NCBI GenBank assembly: GCA_900314125.1
Contig: OMUD01000312.1
Span: 1-39,012, forward strand
From: an uncultured Prevotellaceae bacterium
Lineage (GTDB): Bacteria > Bacteroidota > Bacteroidia > Bacteroidales > Bacteroidaceae
DNA: 39,012 nt
Direction: 5' to 3'
Part shown: one piece after another, positions 1 through 7,875 of the stretch
Position numbering within the stretch: the stretch's first letter is position 1
Layout: each line of letters begins with the position of its first letter
The notes under the pieces: generated by a model
The model's input: only the letters and a program-made list of their open reading frames with translations
Database searches by the model: none
Told to the model about the DNA's origin: nothing
Position numbers and translations under genes: made by a program

Positions 1-69
1 GAAGGTGTTGTCGTAGATGATTGTGTGGGGAATAATCCTTACTACGTCCTTGTTGACGTTAGCCACCAT
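1..69 (-). CDS. possible 5' end of a leftward gene running off the left edge (partial)
   Basis: The reverse-strand frame is open from ATG at 69..67 (MVANVNKDVVRIIPHTIIYDNTF...) to base 1. An in-frame GTG at 99..97 is an alternative start and an upstream stop lies at 138..136. Only about 23 codons are visible and no motif is recognisable. Confidence 0.25.
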   Translation of the reverse strand, partial: MVANVNKDVVRIIPHTIIYDNTF

Positions 70-179
70 CCAATGAGAAAAAGGCTGATAAGATGTCACA
101 TAAGTGAGGTAAGGAGAAAAAATCCATTTGACAAGTTAAAAAAGTTGTGAAAATGTTTGGTAGATTCAAATATTTAAAC

Positions 180-187
180 TATCTTTG
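180..187 (+). promoter_or_regulatory. Bacteroidota-type -7 promoter box TATCTTTG (TAnnTTTG), with TTTG 20 nt upstream
   Basis: TATCTTTGCACA at 180-191 is identical to the 12-mer upstream of the tRNA at 5461-5472. A TTTG at 156-159 leaves a 20-nt spacer, which fits the -33/-7 architecture known for Bacteroides promoters. It lies upstream of the first rightward gene. Confidence 0.45.
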
Positions 188-339
188 CACAAGTTAACGA
201 TGATTTGATGCATGAACGTTGCGTTGTCTTCCACTTTGAACGCAAACGGACAAACAAGGATATTACGGACGAGCAATCTATTGAAATTGGAGTGGAAGCC
301 AAGAGTAGATAGATTGCTTTCGTTTAAATATAAAGCAAT

Positions 340-1284
340 ATGGAACATCATTTTAACGTAGGTTTGGCAAAAGAATATGGAATAGAAGAATCCATACTTA
401 TACATAATTTGTATTATTGGATAAAGCATAATGTTGCAAACAAAAAGCATTTCCATGATGAAAGATATTGGACATACAATACCGCAGATGCTTTTGCACA
501 ATTATTCCAATACATGAATAGTTCAAAGATTTATCGTGTGTTAAAAAGTCTTGAAGATAAAAATATCATCATAAAAGGGAACTATAACGAAGATAAACAT
601 GATAGAACCAATTGGTATTCTTTCACCAACGATGCTCTGGCTATACTAAAAGAAAACGGATACGAAATAGATGGTTTTTCATCATCATTTCAAAATGACG
701 AAATGCATTTTTCAAAAATGGAAAATGGAATTTGCGAAAACGCAAAATGTTATAATATAGATATAGATAATATACCAAATATAAACACAAATGATAAACA
801 TAAAGAAAAAGATAATAAATTATCTTCAAAGAAAGACGAATTATTTGAAGAATGTTGGAAAGCATACAATAGGAAAGGGAGCAAGAAACAATCAAAGGCA
901 CAATGGGCGAAACTTTCCTATGATGAGAAACAATCAATAATGCCACATATAAAATCTTACACATCTTCAAGGGAAATAAACTATCAAAAGGATTTTGAAC
1001 GTTATCTTCGTGACAAGATATTCAATGAAGTCATATATGACAAAAGTGGTCAAGTGGTGTTTGACCCACAAAAGTGCATCACAAGTGATTATATGCCACA
1101 ACAAAGTCCTATGTTGAATTGGAATGAATACTACAATTGCTATATGTATGTCGGTTATTGGGATGGACACATACCAGATGGCTATTCGGATGATGATAGA
1201 CCTGATGGGGCAAGTGTCACACTTAACAATGGACGTGGCACAATCGTATGGGATAAGGAAACCAAACAATGGATTAAGAAATAA
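340..1284 (+). CDS. winged-helix DNA-binding protein, replication initiator / replisome-organizer-like
   Basis: ATG at 340, 314 aa. The N-terminal ~100 aa (FNVGLAKEYGIEESILIHNLYYWI...SKIYRVLKSLEDKNII) resemble the wHTH of phage replisome-organizer/DnaD-type proteins. An N/D/K low-complexity linker follows, then a C-terminal W/Y/K-rich region (ECWKAYNRKGSKKQSKAQWAKL). It is the first gene of the replication block. Confidence 0.5.
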   Translation: MEHHFNVGLAKEYGIEESILIHNLYYWIKHNVANKKHFHDERYWTYNTADAFAQLFQYMNSSKIYRVLKSLEDKNIIIKGNYNEDKHDRTNWYSFTNDALAILKENGYEIDGFSSSFQNDEMHFSKMENGICENAKCYNIDIDNIPNINTNDKHKEKDNKLSSKKDELFEECWKAYNRKGSKKQSKAQWAKLSYDEKQSIMPHIKSYTSSREINYQKDFERYLRDKIFNEVIYDKSGQVVFDPQKCITSDYMPQQSPMLNWNEYYNCYMYVGYWDGHIPDGYSDDDRPDGASVTLNNGRGTIVWDKETKQWIKK

Positions 1285-1291
1285 AAGGTGT

Positions 1292-1513
1292 ATGTTGCAA
1301 GCAAAATCAAGAGAGGAACTGTATAAAATTGCTGAAATAATGGGAATGGATGCACACGAAGTGTTTTCTCAAGAACCATCCGCTTTCTTGGGTAAATTTG
1401 AACCTAAAGATTCCATACTAACAGACATACCCATTTCTTTTGACATGATGGCAGAGATAGTTGATTATTTAAGAGAGCAAAACAACAAATTAAACGAATT
1501 GAACGGAAAATAA
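1292..1513 (+). CDS. small hypothetical protein (73 aa)
   Basis: ATG at 1292 is preceded by AAGGTG, 8 nt after the upstream stop. It reads MLQAKSREELYKIAEIMGMDAHEVF.... The N-terminus resembles only the last helix of an Xre-type HTH, so this may be a domain fragment. Confidence 0.4.
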   Translation: MLQAKSREELYKIAEIMGMDAHEVFSQEPSAFLGKFEPKDSILTDIPISFDMMAEIVDYLREQNNKLNELNGK

Positions 1514-1717
1514 TAATCACGGAACACGAAACAAAAGAGCTGGAGACGCTAATTCAAAACGTGTATATCAATATGATTTGCAAGGTAAATATATTTGTGA
1601 ATATCCATCAACAAAGGTGGCAGCGCGTGCTTTGGGAGTTAGTGTTTCGTTAATATCAGCTTGTTGTTGTGGAAGGGTCAATTCTACAAGAGGGTTCGTT
1701 TTTAAACATACAAAATA
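1503..1717 (+). pseudogene. NUMOD1/IENR1-type homing-endonuclease DNA-binding module, with no ATG and no nuclease domain (remnant)
   Basis: The frame is open 1503-1714 and reads ...KRVYQYDLQGKYICEYPSTKVAARALGVSVSLISACCCGRVNSTRGFVFKHTK*. This matches the VYxYD..G..I..F.S...AA..LG.s.s.I...C.G....GF.F/W pattern of intron-encoded nuclease repeat motifs. There is no in-frame ATG; the only alternative starts are TTG 1578 and GTG 1614. The TAA stop at 1715-1717 abuts the primase ATG at 1718. Confidence 0.45.
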
Positions 1718-3781
1718 ATGGACGCACAAGAAATAAGACGATGGCATAGCGTTTTCAAACGTGACGATGAATTGTTTGAGATACGCATATTGGGTGATAG
1801 AACTTGGAGCGGTTATTTCTATGATATAGAAAAAGCCATTGAACAATTAAAACCATTTGATAATGCGAATATATATTATTCCATTAACGAGGTTAAAAAG
1901 GCTTGTGCAAGTAGAGAACAATTTAATTGTTTCAAACAAGTGAAAGGAACTGCGACAAGCGAGCAAGATATAGAACATCGGTGGTGGCTTCCTATTGATA
2001 TAGATTGCGAACGACCAAGTGGGGTTAGTTCAACAAATGAAGAGAAATCCTTTGCACACAAAAAAGCACAAGATGTGTTCAAATTCCTTCGTTCAAATGA
2101 TTTTAGTGAACCTGTTGTTTGCGATAGTTCAAGTGGCTATCATTTATTCTATCCGATTGATATGGATAACGATTCCGAAAGCAAACAAGCAATTAAAGCA
2201 TTTCTTGAAACACTTTCAAACCATTTTTCAGATGACAAGGTTAAAATAGATATTGTATTGCACGATGCAAACAGGATAATTCGCCTTCCAGGTTCTTTCG
2301 GACGTAAAGGTCGTTCAAGTAGTGAAAGACCGCATCGTATGGCAAAGATTTTGTCAGTGCCAAAGGAAATCATTAAAATGAATGTTGAAAAGATTAAGTC
2401 TTTCAACGAACAATATCAAGTCAAGATAGAACAACCAATAAGATACAATAACTATGGCTCACAAGAAAAGTTTAACTTACGTGAATTTATCCAAAAATAT
2501 GACATAAAGGTTTCTAAAGAAATCGCTTTAAGTGGTGGTGGAACTAAATATGTGTTAGAAGAATGTCCTTTTGAATCTTCACACAAATCACCCGATAGTG
2601 CCTTGTTTGAAATGCCAAATGGAGCAATAAGTTTTAAATGCTTCCATAACAGTCATTCGCATTTAGGATGGAGGGATTTTAGGTTGCATTTTGATAATCA
2701 TGCTTACGACCACGAAAGCCAGCCACGTCAACCACAATACCGCCAATACATACCACAAGTTCCACAAAAGCCTAAATATGAGATAAAGGAAGAGATTCCA
2801 GAACTTGGTGACAAGTGGATGTCGCTTTCAAAGATTCAGAAGATAGATTTGAGCAAGATAGAGAACGTAAAGACTGGCTTTGTGGAATTGGATAGGAATA
2901 TCGTAGGATTAAACATGACGGAAGTGACGTTGTTGAGTGGAAGCAATAGCAGTGGAAAATCTTCTTGGTTGAACACGCTTTTGCTGAACATCATTAACCA
3001 AGGCGAAAAGTTTGCACTATGGTCGGGTGAGTTGCCACCTACGATACTAAAGTCATGGATTCAGATGACGGCTGCTGGAAAACGTTTCCTTCGCCCATCC
3101 AATTATGGTGATGGAAAATATTATGTTCCAAACAACATAAGCGAAAAGATAGACAATTGGCTTGATGGTAAGTTCTTCTTGTACAATAACGAATACGGGA
3201 ATAATTGGAATCAGATATTCAATGACATGAATCTTTTGATGAATGCAGGTGTGAAGGTATTTGCCTTGGATAACCTTATGTCACTTGATATTGACTTGCT
3301 TGAAGGTGACAAGAATGGCAAGCAAAGGGAATTGATGTTGCAAATCAAGGAATTTGCGAAGAAGAACAAAGTACACATCATCCTTGTGGCACATCCAAGA
3401 AAGACGATAGCATTTTTAAGAAAGACGGACATAAGTGGTTCAAGCGACATAACAAACATAGTTGACAATTGCTTCATCATACATCGTGTGAATAATGATT
3501 TCTTCAAGACAGGTGGTGAATTTTTCGGAAAGGCTGAAATACAAAGATTCCAAGGATATGGGAACGTGTTGGAAGTGTGCAAGAATAGGATGTGGGGTGT
3601 CGTTGACTTGCTTGTAGGAATGCACTATGAAGTGGAAAGCAGAAGGTTTAAGAATACGATTGATGAAGAAATTCATTATGGATGGGAAGAACAACCACAC
3701 CAATCCATGATTACTTACTCGCAAGAAGAAACATCAATGCCTTTTGATGTTAATGTCAATGATGAAGAAGAACCATTTTAA
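1718..3781 (+). CDS. bifunctional primase-polymerase (AEP/PrimPol) fused to an SF4 DnaB/gp4-like helicase
   Basis: 687 aa. AEP motifs are present: DxD (WWLPIDIDCERP), sGxH (SSSGYHLFYPID) and hD (IVLHDANRIIRLPGS). A Cys/His cluster follows (CPFESSH...FKCFHNSHSH). The helicase part has Walker A GSNSSGKSS, Walker B VFALDNLMSL and an ILVAHPRK motif. Confidence 0.85.
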   Translation: MDAQEIRRWHSVFKRDDELFEIRILGDRTWSGYFYDIEKAIEQLKPFDNANIYYSINEVKKACASREQFNCFKQVKGTATSEQDIEHRWWLPIDIDCERPSGVSSTNEEKSFAHKKAQDVFKFLRSNDFSEPVVCDSSSGYHLFYPIDMDNDSESKQAIKAFLETLSNHFSDDKVKIDIVLHDANRIIRLPGSFGRKGRSSSERPHRMAKILSVPKEIIKMNVEKIKSFNEQYQVKIEQPIRYNNYGSQEKFNLREFIQKYDIKVSKEIALSGGGTKYVLEECPFESSHKSPDSALFEMPNGAISFKCFHNSHSHLGWRDFRLHFDNHAYDHESQPRQPQYRQYIPQVPQKPKYEIKEEIPELGDKWMSLSKIQKIDLSKIENVKTGFVELDRNIVGLNMTEVTLLSGSNSSGKSSWLNTLLLNIINQGEKFALWSGELPPTILKSWIQMTAAGKRFLRPSNYGDGKYYVPNNISEKIDNWLDGKFFLYNNEYGNNWNQIFNDMNLLMNAGVKVFALDNLMSLDIDLLEGDKNGKQRELMLQIKEFAKKNKVHIILVAHPRKTIAFLRKTDISGSSDITNIVDNCFIIHRVNNDFFKTGGEFFGKAEIQRFQGYGNVLEVCKNRMWGVVDLLVGMHYEVESRRFKNTIDEEIHYGWEEQPHQSMITYSQEETSMPFDVNVNDEEEPF

Positions 3782-3812
3782 ATTTAAATGTTTAACTAAA
3801 TATGTTTACAAA

Positions 3813-4676
3813 ATGAAAACAAATTTACAAGACGTACAAAAGGTTGATACGGAATTTCGGATGAATTACAACCGTGTCGGATTATTTAATTCTCATTTTC
3901 AAAACTTTAAGCAATTTGGTATTCCAAAAGCGCAACTCATCATCGCAGATGTTCCATACAACCTTGATGTTAATGCCTATGCAAGTAACCCAAAATGGTA
4001 TTTAGATGGCGACAACAAAAATGGTGAAAGTGAATTGGCTGGTGAAGAGTTCTTTGCCACGGACAAAGATTTTCGCCCTGCCGAATTTATGCACTTTTGC
4101 AGCCAAATGCTCCGTCCAGAACCGAAAGAAAAAGGCAAAGCACCATGTATGGTGCTGTTTTGTGAATTTGAACAACAATTCTATTTTATTGAACTTGCAA
4201 AAAGATATGGGTTTAAACATTACATCAATCTTGTATTCAGAAAGAATTATTCGGCACAAGTTTTGAAAGCAAATATGAAGGTTGTAGGAAATTGTGAATA
4301 TGGTTTGATTCTTTATCGTGACAAACTCCCTAAATTTAACAATAATGGGCAAATGGTCATGAATTGCATTGACTATCCAAGAGATTTAGGTTGTGAGCGT
4401 GTTCACCCAACACAAAAGGGATTGCCTCTATTAAAATTCCTTATTGAATTATTCACCGATGTGGATGATGTTGTGATTGACCCAGTGGCAGGCAGTGGTT
4501 CTTCGCTTATCGCAGCGATGCAATTAAATCGCAAGGCTTATGGTTTTGAAATAAGCAAACGTTTTTATTCTATGGCTTGTGACTTGATTCAAAAGAATGG
4601 CAAATGTGTTGACTTGTTCAATGAAAGTCCACAATTAAAGAAACGTGAATTATACACACAAAAAAATTTGTTCTGA
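3813..4676 (+). CDS. DNA methyltransferase, beta class (N6-adenine or N4-cytosine, PF01555-like)
   Basis: Motif IV is ADVPYN, lying upstream of HPTQKG and motif I VIDPVAGSGSS. Start is taken at ATG 3813 (MKTNLQ...), just after the primase stop, rather than ATG 3744, which would overlap the primase by 38 nt. Confidence 0.85.
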   Translation: MKTNLQDVQKVDTEFRMNYNRVGLFNSHFQNFKQFGIPKAQLIIADVPYNLDVNAYASNPKWYLDGDNKNGESELAGEEFFATDKDFRPAEFMHFCSQMLRPEPKEKGKAPCMVLFCEFEQQFYFIELAKRYGFKHYINLVFRKNYSAQVLKANMKVVGNCEYGLILYRDKLPKFNNNGQMVMNCIDYPRDLGCERVHPTQKGLPLLKFLIELFTDVDDVVIDPVAGSGSSLIAAMQLNRKAYGFEISKRFYSMACDLIQKNGKCVDLFNESPQLKKRELYTQKNLF

Positions 4677-4677
4677 T

Positions 4678-5442
4678 ATGATTGAACCGAATACAATACA
4701 ACTTGGCGATTGTCTTGACATAATGAAAGATATTCCAGATAATAGTATTGATTGTGTGATTTGCGATTTGCCATACGGGACTACGGAGGCGTATTGGGAT
4801 AGCATCATACCACTTGATAAATTGTGGGAACAATATCTTCGTATAACAAAGGAAACTGCACCGATTTTACTTTTCGGTGCAGAGCCTTTCTCTACAGTGT
4901 TGCGTATGAGTATGTTGGACTTGTTTCGATATGATTTAATATGGGTTAAGAACAAAGTGACGAATTATCTTGAAGCAAAGAATCGTCCGATGAGAAGACA
5001 TGAAAAAATAAGTGTTTTTTCAAAATCAAAGTTTAGTAACGGATGTAAGACTAAAATGACTTATAATCCACAAGGGTTGATAAGATGCGACATCAAAGTG
5101 CATAATGGTGATAGTAACATATATGGAAAAAGGAAATGCCGTGCAAACACCACATATCACAAACAGGAATTCACGAATTATCCTTCTGATGTGTTGTATT
5201 TCAATTCTGATACAAGCAAATTACATCCTACTGCAAAGCCTATTGACCTTCTCCGTTATCTTATTCTTACTTACTCAAATCAGAACGACATAATTCTCGA
5301 CAACACAATGGGTTCTGGAACAACGTGTGTGGCGGCTATAAAAGAAAAAAGACGTTATATAGGCATAGAAAAGGATGAAAAGTATTTTAGAATCGCAAAT
5401 AAACGTATAGAACAAGAAAAAATGCAATTGAATTTGTTTTAA
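4678..5442 (+). CDS. second DNA methyltransferase, beta class (PF01555-like)
   Basis: ATG 4678 lies 1 nt after the stop of the previous MTase. It reads MIEPNTIQLGDCLDIMKDIPDNSIDCVICDLPYG (motif IV DLPY), then LHPTAKP and ILDNTMGSGTT (motif I). Confidence 0.88.
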   Translation: MIEPNTIQLGDCLDIMKDIPDNSIDCVICDLPYGTTEAYWDSIIPLDKLWEQYLRITKETAPILLFGAEPFSTVLRMSMLDLFRYDLIWVKNKVTNYLEAKNRPMRRHEKISVFSKSKFSNGCKTKMTYNPQGLIRCDIKVHNGDSNIYGKRKCRANTTYHKQEFTNYPSDVLYFNSDTSKLHPTAKPIDLLRYLILTYSNQNDIILDNTMGSGTTCVAAIKEKRRYIGIEKDEKYFRIANKRIEQEKMQLNLF

Positions 5443-5460
5443 ATATTGAAAAATATTTTA

Positions 5461-5468
5461 TATCTTTG
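5461..5468 (+). promoter_or_regulatory. TATCTTTG -7 box upstream of tRNA-Gln
   Basis: TATCTTTGCACA at 5461-5472 is the same 12-mer as at 180-191. The box ends 16 nt before tRNA position 1. Confidence 0.45.
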
Positions 5469-5484
5469 CACATATGGATGCAAT

Positions 5485-5555
5485 AGGGATTTGGTGTAAC
5501 GGTCGCACGTCAGATTTTGGCTCTGAAGGAAGGTTTTCAACTAACCTAATCCCTA
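5485..5555 (+). tRNA. tRNA-Gln (anticodon UUG)
   Basis: Hand-folded cloverleaf. Acceptor AGGGATT/AATCCCT has 7 perfect bp. D stem is GTGT/GCAC with loop AACGGTC containing GG. Anticodon stem is TCAGA/TCTGA with loop TT-TTG-GC (U33, purine 37). Variable loop is AGGA. T stem is AGGTT/AACCT with loop TTCAACT. Discriminator is A and CCA is not encoded. Confidence 0.85.
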
Positions 5556-5606
5556 CAAAATAGAGAAATTAACATATTTATTGTTTTACTAAAGATTAAA
5601 CTTAAA

Positions 5607-6740
5607 ATGGAAAGTATCAGATTTAATGTTAGCGATGTCTTGACTAAATTGAAACAAGTTGTCGGTGTGATTGAAAGCAAACCATCTACACTTGAAATTT
5701 TTTCATGTGTACACATCTTCGTGAAAGATGGCACATTGCAAATGAAATCAAGTGATGGTGAAACATGGGTTGGTGTGAAGATTTTAAACCCATTACCAAT
5801 CGTGGAAAAAATTGATTTTTGTGTCAACGGAAAAGACTTTGCACAAATCTTGTCTAATCTTGTAGGGATTGAAGTCACACTTGAAGTTGATTACGAAAAG
5901 AAAATGGTCAATGGGAAATATGGGAGAAAGGGAAAATTCTCGTTGCCAATCAAAGATGGTAGTGAATTTGTTGATGAACCGACAAACGACACCACACCAT
6001 CAACAAAACAAGTCATTGGCGAAACCATCAAACGAGGAATAGAATTGACGGAGGGTTCGGTAGCCAATGATGAATTGCGACCAATCATGAATGGCATCCA
6101 CATTGAATTCACAAAAGAAAAGATTGATTTCGCATCAAGCGATGGAAAGAAACTCACGTCATTCACATCATACAACGTAAAGAATGATGATGAAGTGGAA
6201 GGTGTTTTCACGTTGCCTTTGAAACCTGCAAGAATCCTTTCGCAATTTGCATCGATGGAAGACATTATTGAGATGTCGTACACGGAAAAGAGCATTAGTT
6301 TCAAGGCTTATGATTGGGTCGTTACGACAAGGTTGTGTGTGGGTAACTATCCAAACTATAGGGCTGTCATACCGAAAGAATGGGTGCGTTCAGTTGTTTG
6401 CGACAAGAATGAGATGCTTTCAACCTTAAATCGCATCTTACCTCTTGGAAACAAGGAATCAAGACTTGTCAAAATAAAATTGTGCAAAGATGAAATGATG
6501 TTGCAAGCGGAAGACATAGACTATTCAACGAGTGCGGAAGAGGCTATAACTTGCGAATATGATGGTGATGATTTCATCATTGGATTCAAGGGTGATGCTT
6601 TGATGCAAATATTGAAGAACATCAATTGTGACAAAGTGGTGATTGGTTTGAACGAGAACAACAGAGCAGGTGTGTTCATACCACACGCACAAGAAGAGAA
6701 AACATCATACGTTTCAATATTGATGCCTATGCGACTTTGA
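5607..6740 (+). CDS. dnaN: DNA polymerase III beta sliding clamp
   Basis: 377 aa, a typical DnaN length. The N-terminus shows the usual pattern (L..L..V..VIE.K...EIFSCV.I....G.L......GE). NYPNYRAVIP matches the conserved YPdY..vIP motif, and the C-terminal ILMPMRL end is typical. Confidence 0.85.
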   Translation: MESIRFNVSDVLTKLKQVVGVIESKPSTLEIFSCVHIFVKDGTLQMKSSDGETWVGVKILNPLPIVEKIDFCVNGKDFAQILSNLVGIEVTLEVDYEKKMVNGKYGRKGKFSLPIKDGSEFVDEPTNDTTPSTKQVIGETIKRGIELTEGSVANDELRPIMNGIHIEFTKEKIDFASSDGKKLTSFTSYNVKNDDEVEGVFTLPLKPARILSQFASMEDIIEMSYTEKSISFKAYDWVVTTRLCVGNYPNYRAVIPKEWVRSVVCDKNEMLSTLNRILPLGNKESRLVKIKLCKDEMMLQAEDIDYSTSAEEAITCEYDGDDFIIGFKGDALMQILKNINCDKVVIGLNENNRAGVFIPHAQEEKTSYVSILMPMRL

Positions 6741-7444
6741 TGTATATGTGTGCAAGAAAAGACATTGTAGAAAGAACAAAGAATGTTGTGGTGAAAGATG
6801 ATTGCTTGTCTTTCATCGCATCATTCAACGGAACTCGCAATGCACAAATAATCGCCATCCTATGTGCGTATTTTTCAAATGGCTATAGCAACCCAATAGA
6901 TTTCGTTAAGAAGATAAACGAAGAAAAATTCAATGGAAATCCTTTGTATTACATAGGAGAATACGACTATTGGGATATTCCAAACTTTTGCTTGTACGAA
7001 AACATCTCCGAACTTAATTTCGCTCGTCTTCTCGTCATCATCAACAATGAGATTCTTTGCCACTACGACATCTTCAACGCACACCATGCGTATATGTCAT
7101 CAACAAAGTTGAAATGCAAGTACGCACACGAAGGATTTGCAAGGATGTTTGGTCACAACACGCATTTCCCAAACATAGACAATCGTGGAACGTTCTATCG
7201 CTACAACCTCATCTTCTATTGGCTCGTCTATAAGTTGAAGATATGGAAAGACATTGACACATCCACCATCCTTCTTCCATGCAACGACATTGTGTTTTCA
7301 AATGCCAAAAAGTTGGGTGTGACGAAAACGAGATTGAAGGCAACGTTATCGGGAACGATAAAGATGACGAGGATAGCGAGGGAAATATTTGGTGATGATG
7401 AATTTTGGAAATTGTACGAACTTTTAAACTATGGTGAATTATGA
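6740..7444 (+). CDS. hypothetical protein, possible DUF2400/TIGR02757-like (HhH-GPD superfamily) homolog
   Basis: ATG 6740 overlaps the dnaN TGA (TGATG). YRYNLIFYWLV...IWKDI....ILLPCNDIVFSNAKKLGVTK......IAREIFGDD.FWKLYELLNYG resembles, from memory, the KRLNLFLRWMVR...LW..I....LIIPLDTH..R.A..LGL block of TIGR02757 proteins. The PLDTH motif is degenerate here (PCNDI). The CDS is solid but the family call is tentative. Confidence 0.35.
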   Translation: MYMCARKDIVERTKNVVVKDDCLSFIASFNGTRNAQIIAILCAYFSNGYSNPIDFVKKINEEKFNGNPLYYIGEYDYWDIPNFCLYENISELNFARLLVIINNEILCHYDIFNAHHAYMSSTKLKCKYAHEGFARMFGHNTHFPNIDNRGTFYRYNLIFYWLVYKLKIWKDIDTSTILLPCNDIVFSNAKKLGVTKTRLKATLSGTIKMTRIAREIFGDDEFWKLYELLNYGEL

Positions 7445-7875
7445 TGGAAATGATTTCAAACAGGTTCGTCAATGGGTACATAGAAAAGACGAAAGCGGAC
7501 ACGTACGAGGGCAAGATAGCGATTGAAGGTGTTGACTTGTCACCGATAGTAGGAATCTATTTCAAGGACGATGGAAAGTATTGGCTGTGGTTGAAAAGGA
7601 AACCTTCGCTTGAATATGACATAAAAAGTGGAACGTACAAGAAATATGAGGTTGAACCTTTTTGGGAATGCTATCTTGAAAAGCAAAAGAAAGGGGTTGA
7701 CTACAAAGGATATTTCATATTTTGCCATTTCAAATACGAATTGGTTGGAATCTATGACAAGTTCATGAAGGGAACGGATAGGTTGAACTTGTTCATTGAA
7801 AGGATGCCTATGGAAAAGCAAACAATAATCAACAATATTAACCAAAGAAATAAAAACAATGAAAACAGACAATGA
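7441..7875 (+). CDS. hypothetical protein (144 aa)
   Basis: It has an ATGA overlap with the upstream gene. A beta-rich N-terminus (TYEGKIAIEGVDLSPIVGIYFKDDGKYWLWLKRKP) vaguely recalls DUF736-type proteins. The tail is N/K-rich. Confidence 0.5.
   Translation: MMEMISNRFVNGYIEKTKADTYEGKIAIEGVDLSPIVGIYFKDDGKYWLWLKRKPSLEYDIKSGTYKKYEVEPFWECYLEKQKKGVDYKGYFIFCHFKYELVGIYDKFMKGTDRLNLFIERMPMEKQTIINNINQRNKNNENRQ

Noticed and set aside
166-501. 111-aa minus ORF across the first intergenic region, and a 34-aa plus ORF (208..312) in the leader of the initiator gene.
   Set aside because: The minus ORF overlaps the start of the 340..1284 gene and the promoter-like box. The 34-aa ORF has no support beyond an ATG. 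A 7-bp inverted repeat there (TTGCGTT / AACGCAA) is too weak to call.
749-830. An AT-rich tract with ATAGAT/GATAA repeats inside the initiator gene, considered as a replication origin.
   Set aside because: The repeats are short and irregular and encode an N/D/K linker. Origins within initiator genes are known (lambda O), but nothing here amounts to clear iterons.
1495-1515. A programmed frameshift joining the 73-aa ORF (1292..1513) to the NUMOD1-like frame.
   Set aside because: It would need a +1 shift at GGA AAA TAA, where tRNA re-pairing is poor (AAA to AAU). The upstream ORF has no nuclease motifs, so a fused product makes no obvious sense.
3744-3812. Longer N-terminal extensions offered by the ORF track (3744, 4645, 9335, 27245, 26541, 28956, 19693, 10328).
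   Set aside because: They either overlap the preceding gene substantially or begin at TTG/GTG, while a nearby downstream ATG gives a compact junction, often ATGA or TGATG. Starts remain unverified.
5485-5555. A suppressor tRNA or stop-codon reassignment, as seen in some gut phages.
   Set aside because: The anticodon reads UUG (a sense Gln codon, CAA). All long genes are intact under the standard code with tight gene spacing.
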